A stretch of 64,000 nucleotides of DNA from an uncultured bacterium (GTDB taxonomy: Bacteria; Krumholzibacteriota; Krumholzibacteriia; Krumholzibacteriales; Krumholzibacteriaceae), in NCBI GenBank assembly GCA_963786935.1, contig CAWBAN010000001.1, positions 352,001 through 416,000 on the forward strand, given 5' to 3'. A model generated the notes under the pieces. The model had not been told where the DNA came from, ran no database searches, and saw only the letters and a list, made by a program, of their open reading frames with translations. The position numbers were made by a program, and so were the translations under genes. Below, piece after piece: positions 9,286 to 18,798 of this stretch (positions are counted from its first letter, which is position 1; every line of letters starts with the position of its first letter).

Positions 9286-10629
9286 TCATTTCCCCGTTCC
9301 CTCGATGTTTCCTTCCCAGAGGTACGTGCGGGTCTCCCGCACGATCACTCCCGAGAGCGCGACGAGCGAAACGAGATTCGGGATCGCCATGAGTCCGTTC
9401 GCGATGTCGGCGAACGACCATACGGCGCGGATCGTGACGACCGAGCCGATCATGACGCAGGCCACCCAGAGCCAGCGATACGGCGTGACGGCGCGCGGAC
9501 CGAAGAGGTATTCGCTCGCCTTCTCGCCGTAGTACGACCAGCCGAGAAGAGTCGAGAAGACGAACGTGAGGAGACCGAAGGTGAGGATCGCCGGGCCGAT
9601 CACGGGTATGTCGGCGAACGCCGCCTTCGTGAGGGCGGCGCCGTGCAATCCGTTGATCCATTCCCCCGAGTTGACGAGGACGAGCCCCGTCATCGCGCAT
9701 ACGACGACCGTGTCCCAGAAGGTGCCCGTCGAGGAGACGAGCGCCTGGCGGATCGGGTTCTTCGTCTGCGCCGCCGCGGCGACGATCGGCGCGCTGCCGA
9801 GGCCCGATTCGTTCGAGAAGAGCCCCCGGGCGATGCCGTAGCGCATCGCTTCCCGCATCCCCGCGCCGAGGAATCCGCCGACCGCGGCGTGCCCGCTCCA
9901 GGCGCCCGTCCAGATGAGCCGGAGCGTCTCGGGGATCCCGCTCGCGTTGATAACGAGAATGACCGCGCAGCCCCCGACATAGACGATCGCCATCACGGGG
10001 ACGAGCCGCTCGCACCAGGCGGCGATCGACCTGATGCCGCCGAGGATCACGACGGCGGTCAGCGTCATGATGACGAAACCGGTGATCCAGACCGGCACGC
10101 GGAACGTCTCGTGCACCATCGTGGAGATCGAGTTCGCCTGGACCATGTTCCCGATGCCGAGCGCGGCGACGCACGTGAGCGCGGCGAATATCACGCCGAG
10201 CCAGCGCTGCTTCATCCCGCGCTCGAGGACGTACATGGGCCCGCCCGCCATGAGGCCGCTCTTCGTCGTGATCCGGTATTTCACCGAGAGCACCGCCTCG
10301 GCGTATTTCGTCGCGATGCCGAAAACGCCCGTGATCCATACCCAGAAGACGGCGCCGGGCCCGCCCGCCGCCACCGCCGTCGCGACGCCGACGATGTTGC
10401 CCGTGCCGATCGTCGCCGCGAGCGCCGTCGTGAGGGCGCCGAACGGGCTCACGTCCCCTTCCCCCTCGCGGGCGCGGCTGAGCGAGAGCTTGATCGCCGT
10501 GCCGATATAACGCTGGATGAACCGGAGACGGATCGTGAGGAAGACATGCGTGCCGAGCAGGAGCGCGATCAACGGAAGGCCCCAGAGGGCGTCGCTTCCG
10601 GCCTGGAGGATTCTCTCGAGCGTTTGCAT
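9286..10629 (-). CDS. Sodium:alanine/glycine symporter (AGCS family)
   Basis: ATIGTGNIVGVA, GGPGAVFW, GGPMY, RGLFSNESGLGS signatures. Confidence 0.93.
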   Translation of the reverse strand: MQTLERILQAGSDALWGLPLIALLLGTHVFLTIRLRFIQRYIGTAIKLSLSRAREGEGDVSPFGALTTALAATIGTGNIVGVATAVAAGGPGAVFWVWITGVFGIATKYAEAVLSVKYRITTKSGLMAGGPMYVLERGMKQRWLGVIFAALTCVAALGIGNMVQANSISTMVHETFRVPVWITGFVIMTLTAVVILGGIRSIAAWCERLVPVMAIVYVGGCAVILVINASGIPETLRLIWTGAWSGHAAVGGFLGAGMREAMRYGIARGLFSNESGLGSAPIVAAAAQTKNPIRQALVSSTGTFWDTVVVCAMTGLVLVNSGEWINGLHGAALTKAAFADIPVIGPAILTFGLLTFVFSTLLGWSYYGEKASEYLFGPRAVTPYRWLWVACVMIGSVVTIRAVWSFADIANGLMAIPNLVSLVALSGVIVRETRTYLWEGNIEGTGK

Positions 10630-10817
10630 CCGTTCTCCTTTCCGACGGGTCGGCGAATTGTAGCATCGCGGGAACGAGTCGTGTCAACCATTCATCGCCC
10701 GGGGCGGGGCGGGCCGTCCCCGTTCGCCCGGCGTCCGCATTGGCTCTTGACAGCCGGCGCGCCGCTCGTGCAATCTGGGCGGCGGGGCTCGCGTCAACGC
10801 GCGGGAAAGGAGCTTCC

Positions 10818-12047
10818 GTGCCGAACGTGTACGACGTGCTGAAGGAACGCGGATTCGTCGAGCAGGTCTCCGACGAGGCGAAGGTCGGCGAGATGCTCGG
10901 GGAGAGCGTCACCTGCTACATCGGGTTCGATCCGACCTCGGACAGTTTCCACGTGGGAAGCCTCGTTCCGATCATGGCGCTCGCCCATATGCAGCGGCAC
11001 GGGCACCGCGTCCTCGCCGTCGTCGGCGGGGGGACCGCGATGATCGGCGACCCGAGCGGCAAGACCGAGCTCCGGCAGCTCATCTCGAAGGAGAATATCG
11101 ACGCGAACGCCGAGGGGCTCAAGCGCCAGCTCGCCCATTTCCTCGATTTCTCGGGGGACGGGGCGCTGATGGTCAACAACGCCGACTGGCTCCGGCCGCT
11201 CAACTACATCGAGTTCCTGCGCGATATCGGGCGGCATTTCAGCGTCAACCGGATGCTCGCCGCCGAATCGTACCGCATGCGGCTCGAAACGGGGCTCAAC
11301 TTCATCGAGTTCAATTACATGCTGCTGCAGGCGTACGATTTCCTCGAGCTCTACCGGCGCTACCGGTGCACGCTCCAGATGGGGGGGAACGACCAGTGGG
11401 GGAACATCCTCGCCGGCGCCGACCTCATCCGCCGCGTCGAGGGGGCCGACGCGCAGGCGCTCACCTTTCCGCTCCTCGAGACGGCGACGGGGGCGAAGAT
11501 GGGGAAGACGGAAAAAGGCGCCGTGTGGCTCGATCCGAAGCGGACCTCCCCGTACGAATTCTACCAGTACTGGATCAACGCCGACGACCGCGACGTCGGA
11601 CGGTTCCTCGCGTTCTTCACGTTTCTCCCCATGGACGAGGTGCGCCGGCTGTCGTCGGTCGCCGGAGAGGACCTCAGGGCCGCCAAGGAGACGCTGGCGT
11701 TCGAGGCGACAAAGCTGAACCACGGGGAGGAGGAGGCGCTCAAGGCGCGCGAGGCCTCGCGCGCGCTGTTCTCCGGGGACGGCGGGGGAGACGGGGCGGG
11801 AGTTCCGACCGTCGAGCTCGAGCGCGGCCGCTTCGTCGCGGGCGTTCCCGCGTTCGTGCTGTTCGTCGAGGCGGGGCTCGCGAAGACGCGCGGGGAAGCC
11901 CGGCGTCTCATCGCTCAGGGCGGGGGATACGTGAACGGACGCCGCGTCGACGCGGCGGAAGAGATGATCACCGCCGCCGATCTCACGGACGGCGCGCTGA
12001 TGCTGCGCGCGGGGAAGAAGAAGCACGCCCGCGTCAGGGCTTCGTGA
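10818..12047 (+). CDS. tyrS: Tyrosine--tRNA ligase
   Basis: YIGFDPT, HVGS (HIGH), QMGGNDQWGNI, KMGKT (KMSKS), C-terminal S4-like domain; GTG start after GGAAAGGAG. Confidence 0.97.
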   Translation: MPNVYDVLKERGFVEQVSDEAKVGEMLGESVTCYIGFDPTSDSFHVGSLVPIMALAHMQRHGHRVLAVVGGGTAMIGDPSGKTELRQLISKENIDANAEGLKRQLAHFLDFSGDGALMVNNADWLRPLNYIEFLRDIGRHFSVNRMLAAESYRMRLETGLNFIEFNYMLLQAYDFLELYRRYRCTLQMGGNDQWGNILAGADLIRRVEGADAQALTFPLLETATGAKMGKTEKGAVWLDPKRTSPYEFYQYWINADDRDVGRFLAFFTFLPMDEVRRLSSVAGEDLRAAKETLAFEATKLNHGEEEALKAREASRALFSGDGGGDGAGVPTVELERGRFVAGVPAFVLFVEAGLAKTRGEARRLIAQGGGYVNGRRVDAAEEMITAADLTDGALMLRAGKKKHARVRAS

Positions 12048-13302
12048 CGGCGCACGCGCCTCGCCGGCCGCTCCATTCCCGCACAACCTCTTCGTACACG
12101 GCCTCGATCGTCGCGACGTGGCGCTCGAGGCCGAAGATCTCCTCCGCGCGCCTTCTTCCCTCGGCGCCGAAACGCGCGCGAAGGGGGGCGTCGCCGATGA
12201 GTCTCTCGAGGGCGTCCGCGAGCGAGGCGGCCCGGCCCGGCTCGAAGAGGAGCCCGCTCGTCCCGTGCGCGACGAGCTCGGGAAATCCGCCGCACCGCGG
12301 CGCGACGATGGGGACGCCGAGCGCCATCGCTTCGAGCGTCGAGTGGCTGAGGGGCTCGGGTTCGATCGACGTGTTGACGAACACGTCGCAGCCAGCCATG
12401 AGGTCCCGCACGTCGCTGCGGAATCCGGGCAGACGCAGCCGATCCTTCAGGAGCGTGCTCCGTTCGACGCGCCCGCGGAGCGCGTCGAGCTCCGGCCCCG
12501 CGCCCGCGATGACGAAGTCCGCGTCGGGGCGCCGCGAACAAACGGTCTCCGCCGCGTCGACGAGCAGGGAGGGCCCCTTCCAGGCGACGAGGCGCCCGGC
12601 CCACCCGACGAGCGCGCGGTCGCGCGGCGCGCGGCCGCGCGGCCGGAGGGAGGCCACGTCGATCCCGTCGTACACCGCGACGATCCGGTCCCGGCGGAAC
12701 CCCTGTGCGGCATAGTAATCGGCCATGGAACGGGAGACGCAGAGGATGCGATCGACGCCGCGCACGAGCCGTCGCTGGAACGCCGTCGGACGGACGTAGC
12801 CCCGCTGATGGCTCACCACGGGCACGCCCGCCCGCGAACCGGCCTCGATGGCCGTGAGATTCCCCGTGAGCGAGTTGTTCGCGTGAACGAGATCGAAACG
12901 CTCGCGGGCGATCCATCGGGCGAGCCGCCCGGCGCGCTCGCGCTCGTGGAGCGCGTATTCCTTGATGCTCCAGAGGAGACGGTAGGCTTCGCGTTTCTTG
13001 TACGCGGGGACGCGGGACTCGCGCTCCTCGGGAGGGACGGGCTCCGGCGCTCCCCGGATGCCGGCTTCCGTCGCGGTCCGGACTGCGGCGGATTCGAATC
13101 CCGCGCGCGCGGCGAGGTCGTAGGCGAAGAGCACGAACGGCTCGAATCTCGATCGGTCGAGCCCCCGCGCGAGCTCGTCGAGACAGACGGCCGATCCCCC
13201 GACGGCCGGCGCGTCCTCGATATACAGGATTCTTCGCAAAGGTGTTTTCCCCCCGCCGGCGCTCTGGTATACTCCCGCTCCGGTCGCCGGCGAAGCGCCC
13301 AT
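12034..13302 (-). CDS. Glycosyltransferase family 4
   Basis: ILYIEDAPAVGGS, DLVHAN, GRLVAWKG, EPLSHSTLEAMALGVP. Start may be TTG at 13239. Confidence 0.88.
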   Translation of the reverse strand: MGASPATGAGVYQSAGGGKTPLRRILYIEDAPAVGGSAVCLDELARGLDRSRFEPFVLFAYDLAARAGFESAAVRTATEAGIRGAPEPVPPEERESRVPAYKKREAYRLLWSIKEYALHERERAGRLARWIARERFDLVHANNSLTGNLTAIEAGSRAGVPVVSHQRGYVRPTAFQRRLVRGVDRILCVSRSMADYYAAQGFRRDRIVAVYDGIDVASLRPRGRAPRDRALVGWAGRLVAWKGPSLLVDAAETVCSRRPDADFVIAGAGPELDALRGRVERSTLLKDRLRLPGFRSDVRDLMAGCDVFVNTSIEPEPLSHSTLEAMALGVPIVAPRCGGFPELVAHGTSGLLFEPGRAASLADALERLIGDAPLRARFGAEGRRRAEEIFGLERHVATIEAVYEEVVREWSGRRGACAVTKP

Positions 13303-13390
13303 TGTAAAGCGGGCGCCGCCGGGCGGCAACACAATTGCTCGTGCTCGAGGCGGCCGCCGCCGATCGATGGAAAGGCTGGTGTCAGGAGAT

Positions 13391-13741
13391 ATGGCCGGGA
13401 ATTGGGATCGGCAATTCAGCGATGAGCGCTCGCGGCTGAACGGGATCGTGCTCTCGAACGCTCCCATCGGGATCAAACGGTTCTTCGCCCTCGACGCGCA
13501 GGCGTACGAGGCGGGCGCGCTCCCGGTGAAAACGAAGGAGCTCCTCGGACTCGTCGCGTCGATGGTGCTGCGCTGCGACGAGTGCGTGTCGTACCACCTC
13601 ATCCGGTGCCGTGAGGAAGGGACGACGCGCGAGGAATTCTACGAGGCGTTCGACGTCGCGCTCGTCGTCGGCGGGTCGATCGTGATACCGCACCTTCGCC
13701 TCGCGGCGGAGCGTCTCGAAGCGCTTCTGCAATCGCGCTGA
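13391..13741 (+). CDS. Carboxymuconolactone decarboxylase/AhpD family protein
   Basis: GALPVKTKELLGLVASMVLRCDECVSYH (CxxC), VGGSIVIPHLR; SD AGGAG. Confidence 0.9.
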   Translation: MAGNWDRQFSDERSRLNGIVLSNAPIGIKRFFALDAQAYEAGALPVKTKELLGLVASMVLRCDECVSYHLIRCREEGTTREEFYEAFDVALVVGGSIVIPHLRLAAERLEALLQSR

Positions 13742-13829
13742 CGCGGGGGACGGCAAATTCTCTTGTGTTCCCCGTTCACGGGGGATACACTCTCCGCGTT
13801 CGCGAAGCATCCGCACGGAGGATCGTTCG

Positions 13830-15008
13830 ATGTTCTTTCAAGCGCTGAACCGCATCGTCCGGAGACGCTCGATCGTCGCGTGGCTGACGCTCGCCGGCTT
13901 TCTCGCCGCGCTCGCGTTCGTTCTCGTTTCGGGACCGCGCTACGAATCGCGCGCGCTGCTTCTTCCGCCGGTCGAGGAGGCCGGCGAAGGGATTCTCGCC
14001 GCGTGGATGACGAAGCTCAATCTTCCCTCGGTCGTCGCCCCCGCGAGCGCGGGAGCGGCCTCCGCGACGATCCTCGGGGACATTCTCGGGAGCCGCCGTC
14101 TCGGCGAGATGATCATCGATACGCTCGCGCTGAGGGATCATTTCAAGACGGAAAGCATGGACGACGCGCTGCTCGAGCTGCGCGCCCGGTCGAGCTGGTC
14201 GATCACCGGCACGGGCCTCATCCACCTGAGCGTCACGGATCGGGATCCGGCGGTCGCCCTGCGCATCGCCGAGGCGTACATCGCGGGGCTCGACTCGCTC
14301 AACCGGTTCCTGCAGTACTCGCGCGCCGAGCAGACGCGGAAATTCATGTCGGCGCAGCTCGCGACGCACCGCGATCGGATCGGCAAGGCGCGGCGCGAGA
14401 TCGCCGCGTTTCAGACCAAGCACAACATCGTCGATTTCGACGAGCAGGTGCGCGGCGCGATCGGCGTGGCGGCCGACCTCAAGGTCAGGGCGGTGCTCGC
14501 CGGCATCGAGCGCGACCTCATCGAGCAGTACCAGCAGACGGGATCCCTCGAGCTCAGGCGGAAAAACGCCGAGTACGACGGCCTGATGCGGCAGCTCGAA
14601 AGCATCATGAACGGCGACAGCGCCGGCGCCGTGTTCGTACCGCTCGACCGAATGCCCGCCCTCGTGCAGACGTACGCGCGGATGGAGCGCGATCTCGAGG
14701 TGAACGAGCGGGTCTTCGCGTACCTGCTCGAGCGCTACGAGGAGGCCGGCATCGACCAGGCGCGCACGACGCCCGTCGTGCAGGTCGTCGACGAGCCGAA
14801 TCTCGCCGAAAAGCCGTCCGGATGGCCCCGATGGCTCGTCGTGCTCGTGGTGACGGCCGTCGTGTTCGTCTGGTCCGCCGCCGTCGTGCTGTGGTGGGAC
14901 TGGGTGCGGGAGCGGGAGAAATCGGGAGCGGAGCTGCGCGCGTTTTCCGAGCTGCAGGAAACGGCGCGGAGCGACGTGGAGTGGCTGCGGGGGAAACTGC
15001 GGTTCTAG
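13830..15008 (+). CDS. Wzz/GumC-type polysaccharide chain-length determinant (co-polymerase)
   Basis: N-terminal TM, PRYESRALLLPP, coiled-coil middle, VQVVDEP...KPSGWPR then C-terminal TM; no kinase domain. Confidence 0.82.
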   Translation: MFFQALNRIVRRRSIVAWLTLAGFLAALAFVLVSGPRYESRALLLPPVEEAGEGILAAWMTKLNLPSVVAPASAGAASATILGDILGSRRLGEMIIDTLALRDHFKTESMDDALLELRARSSWSITGTGLIHLSVTDRDPAVALRIAEAYIAGLDSLNRFLQYSRAEQTRKFMSAQLATHRDRIGKARREIAAFQTKHNIVDFDEQVRGAIGVAADLKVRAVLAGIERDLIEQYQQTGSLELRRKNAEYDGLMRQLESIMNGDSAGAVFVPLDRMPALVQTYARMERDLEVNERVFAYLLERYEEAGIDQARTTPVVQVVDEPNLAEKPSGWPRWLVVLVVTAVVFVWSAAVVLWWDWVREREKSGAELRAFSELQETARSDVEWLRGKLRF

Positions 15009-15065
15009 CCCTCTTTCGGTCCCGGCGGACCCCTATCTGGAATATCCCTTGCAAGACAGCCGGTT

Positions 15066-16478
15066 ATGATGGATCGCGCGATACGCAGAAGGATGCTCGT
15101 CGCATGCCTGCTCGGCGCCGCCACGGCGGCGATCGGGCTCGGGAGCTGCTCGTACTTCGATTATCGAACGGGCGATGCGGCGCCGTTCCTCCTCTACCGC
15201 CTCTCGCTCGCCGATCGCGATCTGGCCGTCGCGCACGTCCGCGGCGCGATGTTCGGGCTCACGGCGGACGAGGCGCCCTTCATGGCGTTCGCGGGCCCGA
15301 AGGGCAAAATGCTCGATCCGATCGGGTTTCGGGCCGCCGATCGCGAGGGAAGGGCGCTCGATGTCCGCGGCGGGGACGGGCGCTGGATCGTCGAGAGCGG
15401 CGGCCGGGATTTCACGTTCGATTACGACGTCGTGCTCACGATCGAGGACCGCTATACGGCCGACGTCCGCGACATGATGACGTTCGTCGGCGCCGAACGA
15501 TCCCGGATCCTCGGACGGGACGTGTTCCTCGTGCCCGAGCTGAACGTCGCCGACGGCGTCCTCGTCGACGTCGCCACGCTCCCCGGGTGGGTCCTCGACG
15601 CCTCGTCGCCGTGCGCCGGCAACCGGATCATCGTGCCCGATTGCGGGGAGCTCCCGTTCACCCTCGCCGTCTCCGGCGATTACCGGAACCTCGCGCGGAC
15701 CGTGGCGGGAACCGAGATCTCGCTCGCCATCGCCGATTCGTGGTCGTTCACCGACGAGGAGATCTTCGACGTCATCTGCCGGATCGTCGCCGAGGAAATC
15801 ACCCTGTTCGGCTCGTCTCCCCGCGCGCGCTACCTGTTCGTCTGCGACGCGAATCCGGTCATGGGCGAACGCTTCGATTACTACGGGATACATTACGGCG
15901 GCAGCATGATGCTGCTGCTCGACCGGCGGCTCGATCGGAGCGAGCTCGTGGACACCCCGATGGCCATCATCGCGCACGAGTTCTTCCACAACTGGAACGG
16001 CGAGGCGATCGGACCCACCGGCGGGGAATTTCTCTGGTTCACCGAAGGCGTCACGAACTACTACTCGTATCAGGTGCTGCGCGGCGCGCGTGTGATCACG
16101 GACGCTCAGTACGAGACGCGCCGCCGGACCATCGCCGGGCGGTATCGCGAGAATCCCTACGCGGGCCGCGTCACCATCGGCGAGGCGGGCAACAGCGACA
16201 TGGCGGACAAGGACATGGTCAACCTCCTCTACGACGGCGGCTTCCTCGCGGCCGAAGCGCTCGACGCGGACCTCCGCGAGCGCACCGGCGGACGCGTGGC
16301 GCTCATCGATGTCCTGAAATACATGTGCGAGCATCCCGGATCCTCCCCGGCGGGCGAATCGTCCTTTCTCGGCGCCGCGAGCTCCCTCGGCGGCGGCGAC
16401 CTCTCGGCTTTACTGAACGACCTCGTGCATGCGCCCCGCCCGGCGCTCCTCGAGGGCGACCGCTCTTCCCTTGAATAA
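15066..16478 (+). CDS. M61-like zinc metallopeptidase (gluzincin), possible lipoprotein
   Basis: AHEFFHNWN, LWFTEGVTNYY, YDGGFL...LDADLR; signal region with LGSC. Confidence 0.75.
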   Translation: MMDRAIRRRMLVACLLGAATAAIGLGSCSYFDYRTGDAAPFLLYRLSLADRDLAVAHVRGAMFGLTADEAPFMAFAGPKGKMLDPIGFRAADREGRALDVRGGDGRWIVESGGRDFTFDYDVVLTIEDRYTADVRDMMTFVGAERSRILGRDVFLVPELNVADGVLVDVATLPGWVLDASSPCAGNRIIVPDCGELPFTLAVSGDYRNLARTVAGTEISLAIADSWSFTDEEIFDVICRIVAEEITLFGSSPRARYLFVCDANPVMGERFDYYGIHYGGSMMLLLDRRLDRSELVDTPMAIIAHEFFHNWNGEAIGPTGGEFLWFTEGVTNYYSYQVLRGARVITDAQYETRRRTIAGRYRENPYAGRVTIGEAGNSDMADKDMVNLLYDGGFLAAEALDADLRERTGGRVALIDVLKYMCEHPGSSPAGESSFLGAASSLGGGDLSALLNDLVHAPRPALLEGDRSSLE

Positions 16479-16549
16479 GATCCCCGCTTGTTTTACATTC
16501 CTCATGCGTTTCGATCGATAATCGTCGTTCGGGAAACCGAGGTTCACGC

Positions 16550-18550
16550 ATGCGTACGACAATCCGTCGCGCCGCGGCGCCCCTGGCGATCGCGGCGGCG
16601 ACGTTCATCGTCCTCGCGGCGCCACCGGCGCCGCCCGCGGCCGCGGGGGGGGCGTGGCTCCGCTCGGGGGAGCGGCATTCGCTCCCGTCGCTCGAAGACA
16701 AAGGGAATCGTCCCGTCCCGGGGAGATTCTCCGTGCTCTGTTCGGCGAAGGAGGTGCGTTCGCTCGCCGTGGCGGATGACACGCTCTGGATCGGCACGGA
16801 GGGAGGGCTCTTCGCCTGCCGAATCCGGGACGAACGAATCGTTCCGGTGAGCGGCCCCGGATCGATCTCGGTGCGCGCGATCGCGGCGGACGACCGCGGC
16901 GAGCTCTGGATCGGCGGCGATCACGGGATCAGCGTCCGTTCGAACGACGCGTGGAAGTGGTATCCGGAGGAGTCGGCGCCGCTCTTCCGCCGCGTCGCGT
17001 GCATCGTGCCGGGCGAGACGAGGCTCTGGATCGGGAGCTACGGGGGCGGGTGCGGTTTCGTCGTCGACGCGGCGCTCACCGTGCTGGGCGCCCGGGATTC
17101 CCTCCTCGACGAGCGCGTGCTCGCGATCGCCGAGGAGAACTCGAGCGCCGTCTACTTCGGCACGGCGAGCGGTCTCATGTGCGCCGATTCCCTCGGGTGG
17201 AAATCGCTCCGGTACGGGAGCCGCCTGCCGATCGGCGCCGTCCGCGACGCCCTCTTCGACGAAGACGGGAACCTGTTTCTCGCGATCGCCGGGCAGGGAG
17301 TGGCCGTGTACAGCTTCGGGAGGGTTCGCTCGTTCGGCAGCGCCGCCGGGCCGCCGGGCGCCGAGGTCAACGCGCTCAGTCTCGACTCGACGGGGCGCGT
17401 GTGGGCGGCCGGCGCATCGGGGATATCGATGTTCGACGGATCCGAGTGGACGCAGATCGTCCCCGACGATCGCGGCTCGAAGAAACGCAGCTTTCTCTCC
17501 CTCTGCCACGACGTCGAGGGGATCTGCTACGCGGGCACGGACGACGGCAAGGTGTTCGTCGTGAGCGGCGCCTCGGTGAAGGAGCTCGCCGTTCCGCAGA
17601 CGTTCCCCGAGAGCCGCGTTTCGCGCATCGTCGCGGCCGGCGGCGCGATGTGGCTCGCGGCGGGCTCGGGCATATACAGCGCCCGGGAGACGCTCGCGAA
17701 GGCGCCGGCCCCTCCGGGGCTGTACGCGGAGGAAATAACGGATCTCTTCGTTGCGGAGAACGGCGAGATCTGGAGCACGACCCGTTTCGGCATCCTTCAC
17801 TACGCGGGGAAGGCGTGGGAGGTGTTCGACCGGAAGAGCGGGCTCGCCACGGAGCACTTCACGCGGGTGGTCCGGGATCCCTCGGGAACGCTGTGGTTAG
17901 CGACGTTCGACGGGGGGCTCGTGACGCAGACGGCCGGGAAATGGAGCGCCCTCGGCCGGGAGGACAATCTGCCCGACGGGACGATCGTCGATCTCTCCCT
18001 GGATCCGCGGGGCATGCCGTGGATCGTGACGAGGACCGGGGAGGTCGCCCATCGGATGCAGGGAGTCTGGGCGAGACTGGAGCTCCCGCGGCCCCGGCGC
18101 GCGGCCGCGGATACGGCACGCGCGGGGGAGGCGCTCGGACGGCTGGACCCCGCGATACGTTTCATGAGCGATGCCGCGAACGGGGCCGATTCGCACGCTC
18201 CGGCGAGCGAATACTGCCTCGGATTCGACCGGGCCGGGAGCTGCCTCGTCGGCTCTCCCGACGGCGTATACCGTCTCGGGACGTCGGGCTGGCAGCTGTT
18301 CGAGCTGCCGGGCCCGCTCAGAGGCTCTCGGGCGACCGTGGTGCTCGGCACCGCGAGAGGGGACGTGATGCTCGGCACGGCGGGCGGGGGCGTCCTCCTG
18401 TGGCGGAACGGCGAGTGGTCGAGAATCGCCGCCTCCGGCGGTCTCTCGGACAATTACATCCGCGCCCTGTGCGAGGACCGCGGCGGCGCGGTCTGGATCG
18501 GAACGCAATACGGAGGCGTCACGAAATATTCGCCGCCGGCGGGTCGCTGA
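16550..18550 (+). CDS. Secreted Reg_prop-type (two-component regulator propeller) beta-propeller protein
   Basis: Signal peptide; repeated D..G.LWIGT..GGL and GLSDNYIRALCED blades; no Y_Y_Y, TM or kinase module. Confidence 0.75.
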   Translation: MRTTIRRAAAPLAIAAATFIVLAAPPAPPAAAGGAWLRSGERHSLPSLEDKGNRPVPGRFSVLCSAKEVRSLAVADDTLWIGTEGGLFACRIRDERIVPVSGPGSISVRAIAADDRGELWIGGDHGISVRSNDAWKWYPEESAPLFRRVACIVPGETRLWIGSYGGGCGFVVDAALTVLGARDSLLDERVLAIAEENSSAVYFGTASGLMCADSLGWKSLRYGSRLPIGAVRDALFDEDGNLFLAIAGQGVAVYSFGRVRSFGSAAGPPGAEVNALSLDSTGRVWAAGASGISMFDGSEWTQIVPDDRGSKKRSFLSLCHDVEGICYAGTDDGKVFVVSGASVKELAVPQTFPESRVSRIVAAGGAMWLAAGSGIYSARETLAKAPAPPGLYAEEITDLFVAENGEIWSTTRFGILHYAGKAWEVFDRKSGLATEHFTRVVRDPSGTLWLATFDGGLVTQTAGKWSALGREDNLPDGTIVDLSLDPRGMPWIVTRTGEVAHRMQGVWARLELPRPRRAAADTARAGEALGRLDPAIRFMSDAANGADSHAPASEYCLGFDRAGSCLVGSPDGVYRLGTSGWQLFELPGPLRGSRATVVLGTARGDVMLGTAGGGVLLWRNGEWSRIAASGGLSDNYIRALCEDRGGAVWIGTQYGGVTKYSPPAGR

Positions 18551-18588
18551 GCGAGGCCCCGAGGAAGCGGCTTCGGGGGCATTATTCC

Positions 18589-18617
18589 TTGACTCGACTC
18601 GGCCGGCTCACTATACT
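18589..18617 (+). promoter_or_regulatory. Sigma70-type promoter
   Basis: TTGACT-17 nt-TATACT. Confidence 0.75.
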
Positions 18618-18623
18618 TCGGAT

Positions 18624-18723
18624 AGAAGGAGCCTTATCGAACCATCGCTATCGTTTTCTCGTTTCCAGTGTAGATCGGCATTCCGGAGGGACGCCATGAG
18701 AAAACGGTCAGCGAGGTTTTTTT
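18624..18723 (+). ncRNA. Candidate small RNA or structured leader (about 100 nt rod-like hairpin with U7 tail)
   Basis: Follows the promoter; AACC-A-TCGCT-A-TCGTTTTCTC pairs with GAGAAAACGG-TC-AGCGA-GGTT, inner AGTGT/GCATT stem, then a T7 run; family not recognised. Confidence 0.5.
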
Positions 18724-18743
18724 ACCCTCCCCCCAAATTGTCG

Positions 18744-18771
18744 TTGACCATTTTCGACAGTATGGTATTAA
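18744..18771 (+). promoter_or_regulatory. Second sigma70-type promoter, for the GT2-GT4 operon
   Basis: TTGACC-16 nt-TATTAA with extended -10 TGn. Confidence 0.5.
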
Positions 18772-18798
18772 TTAGTATCTTCGCTCGGAGGGACTAGC

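Noticed and set aside
10630..10817. T-box leader before tyrS
   Set aside because: The divergent gap is short and shows no T-box consensus or terminator.
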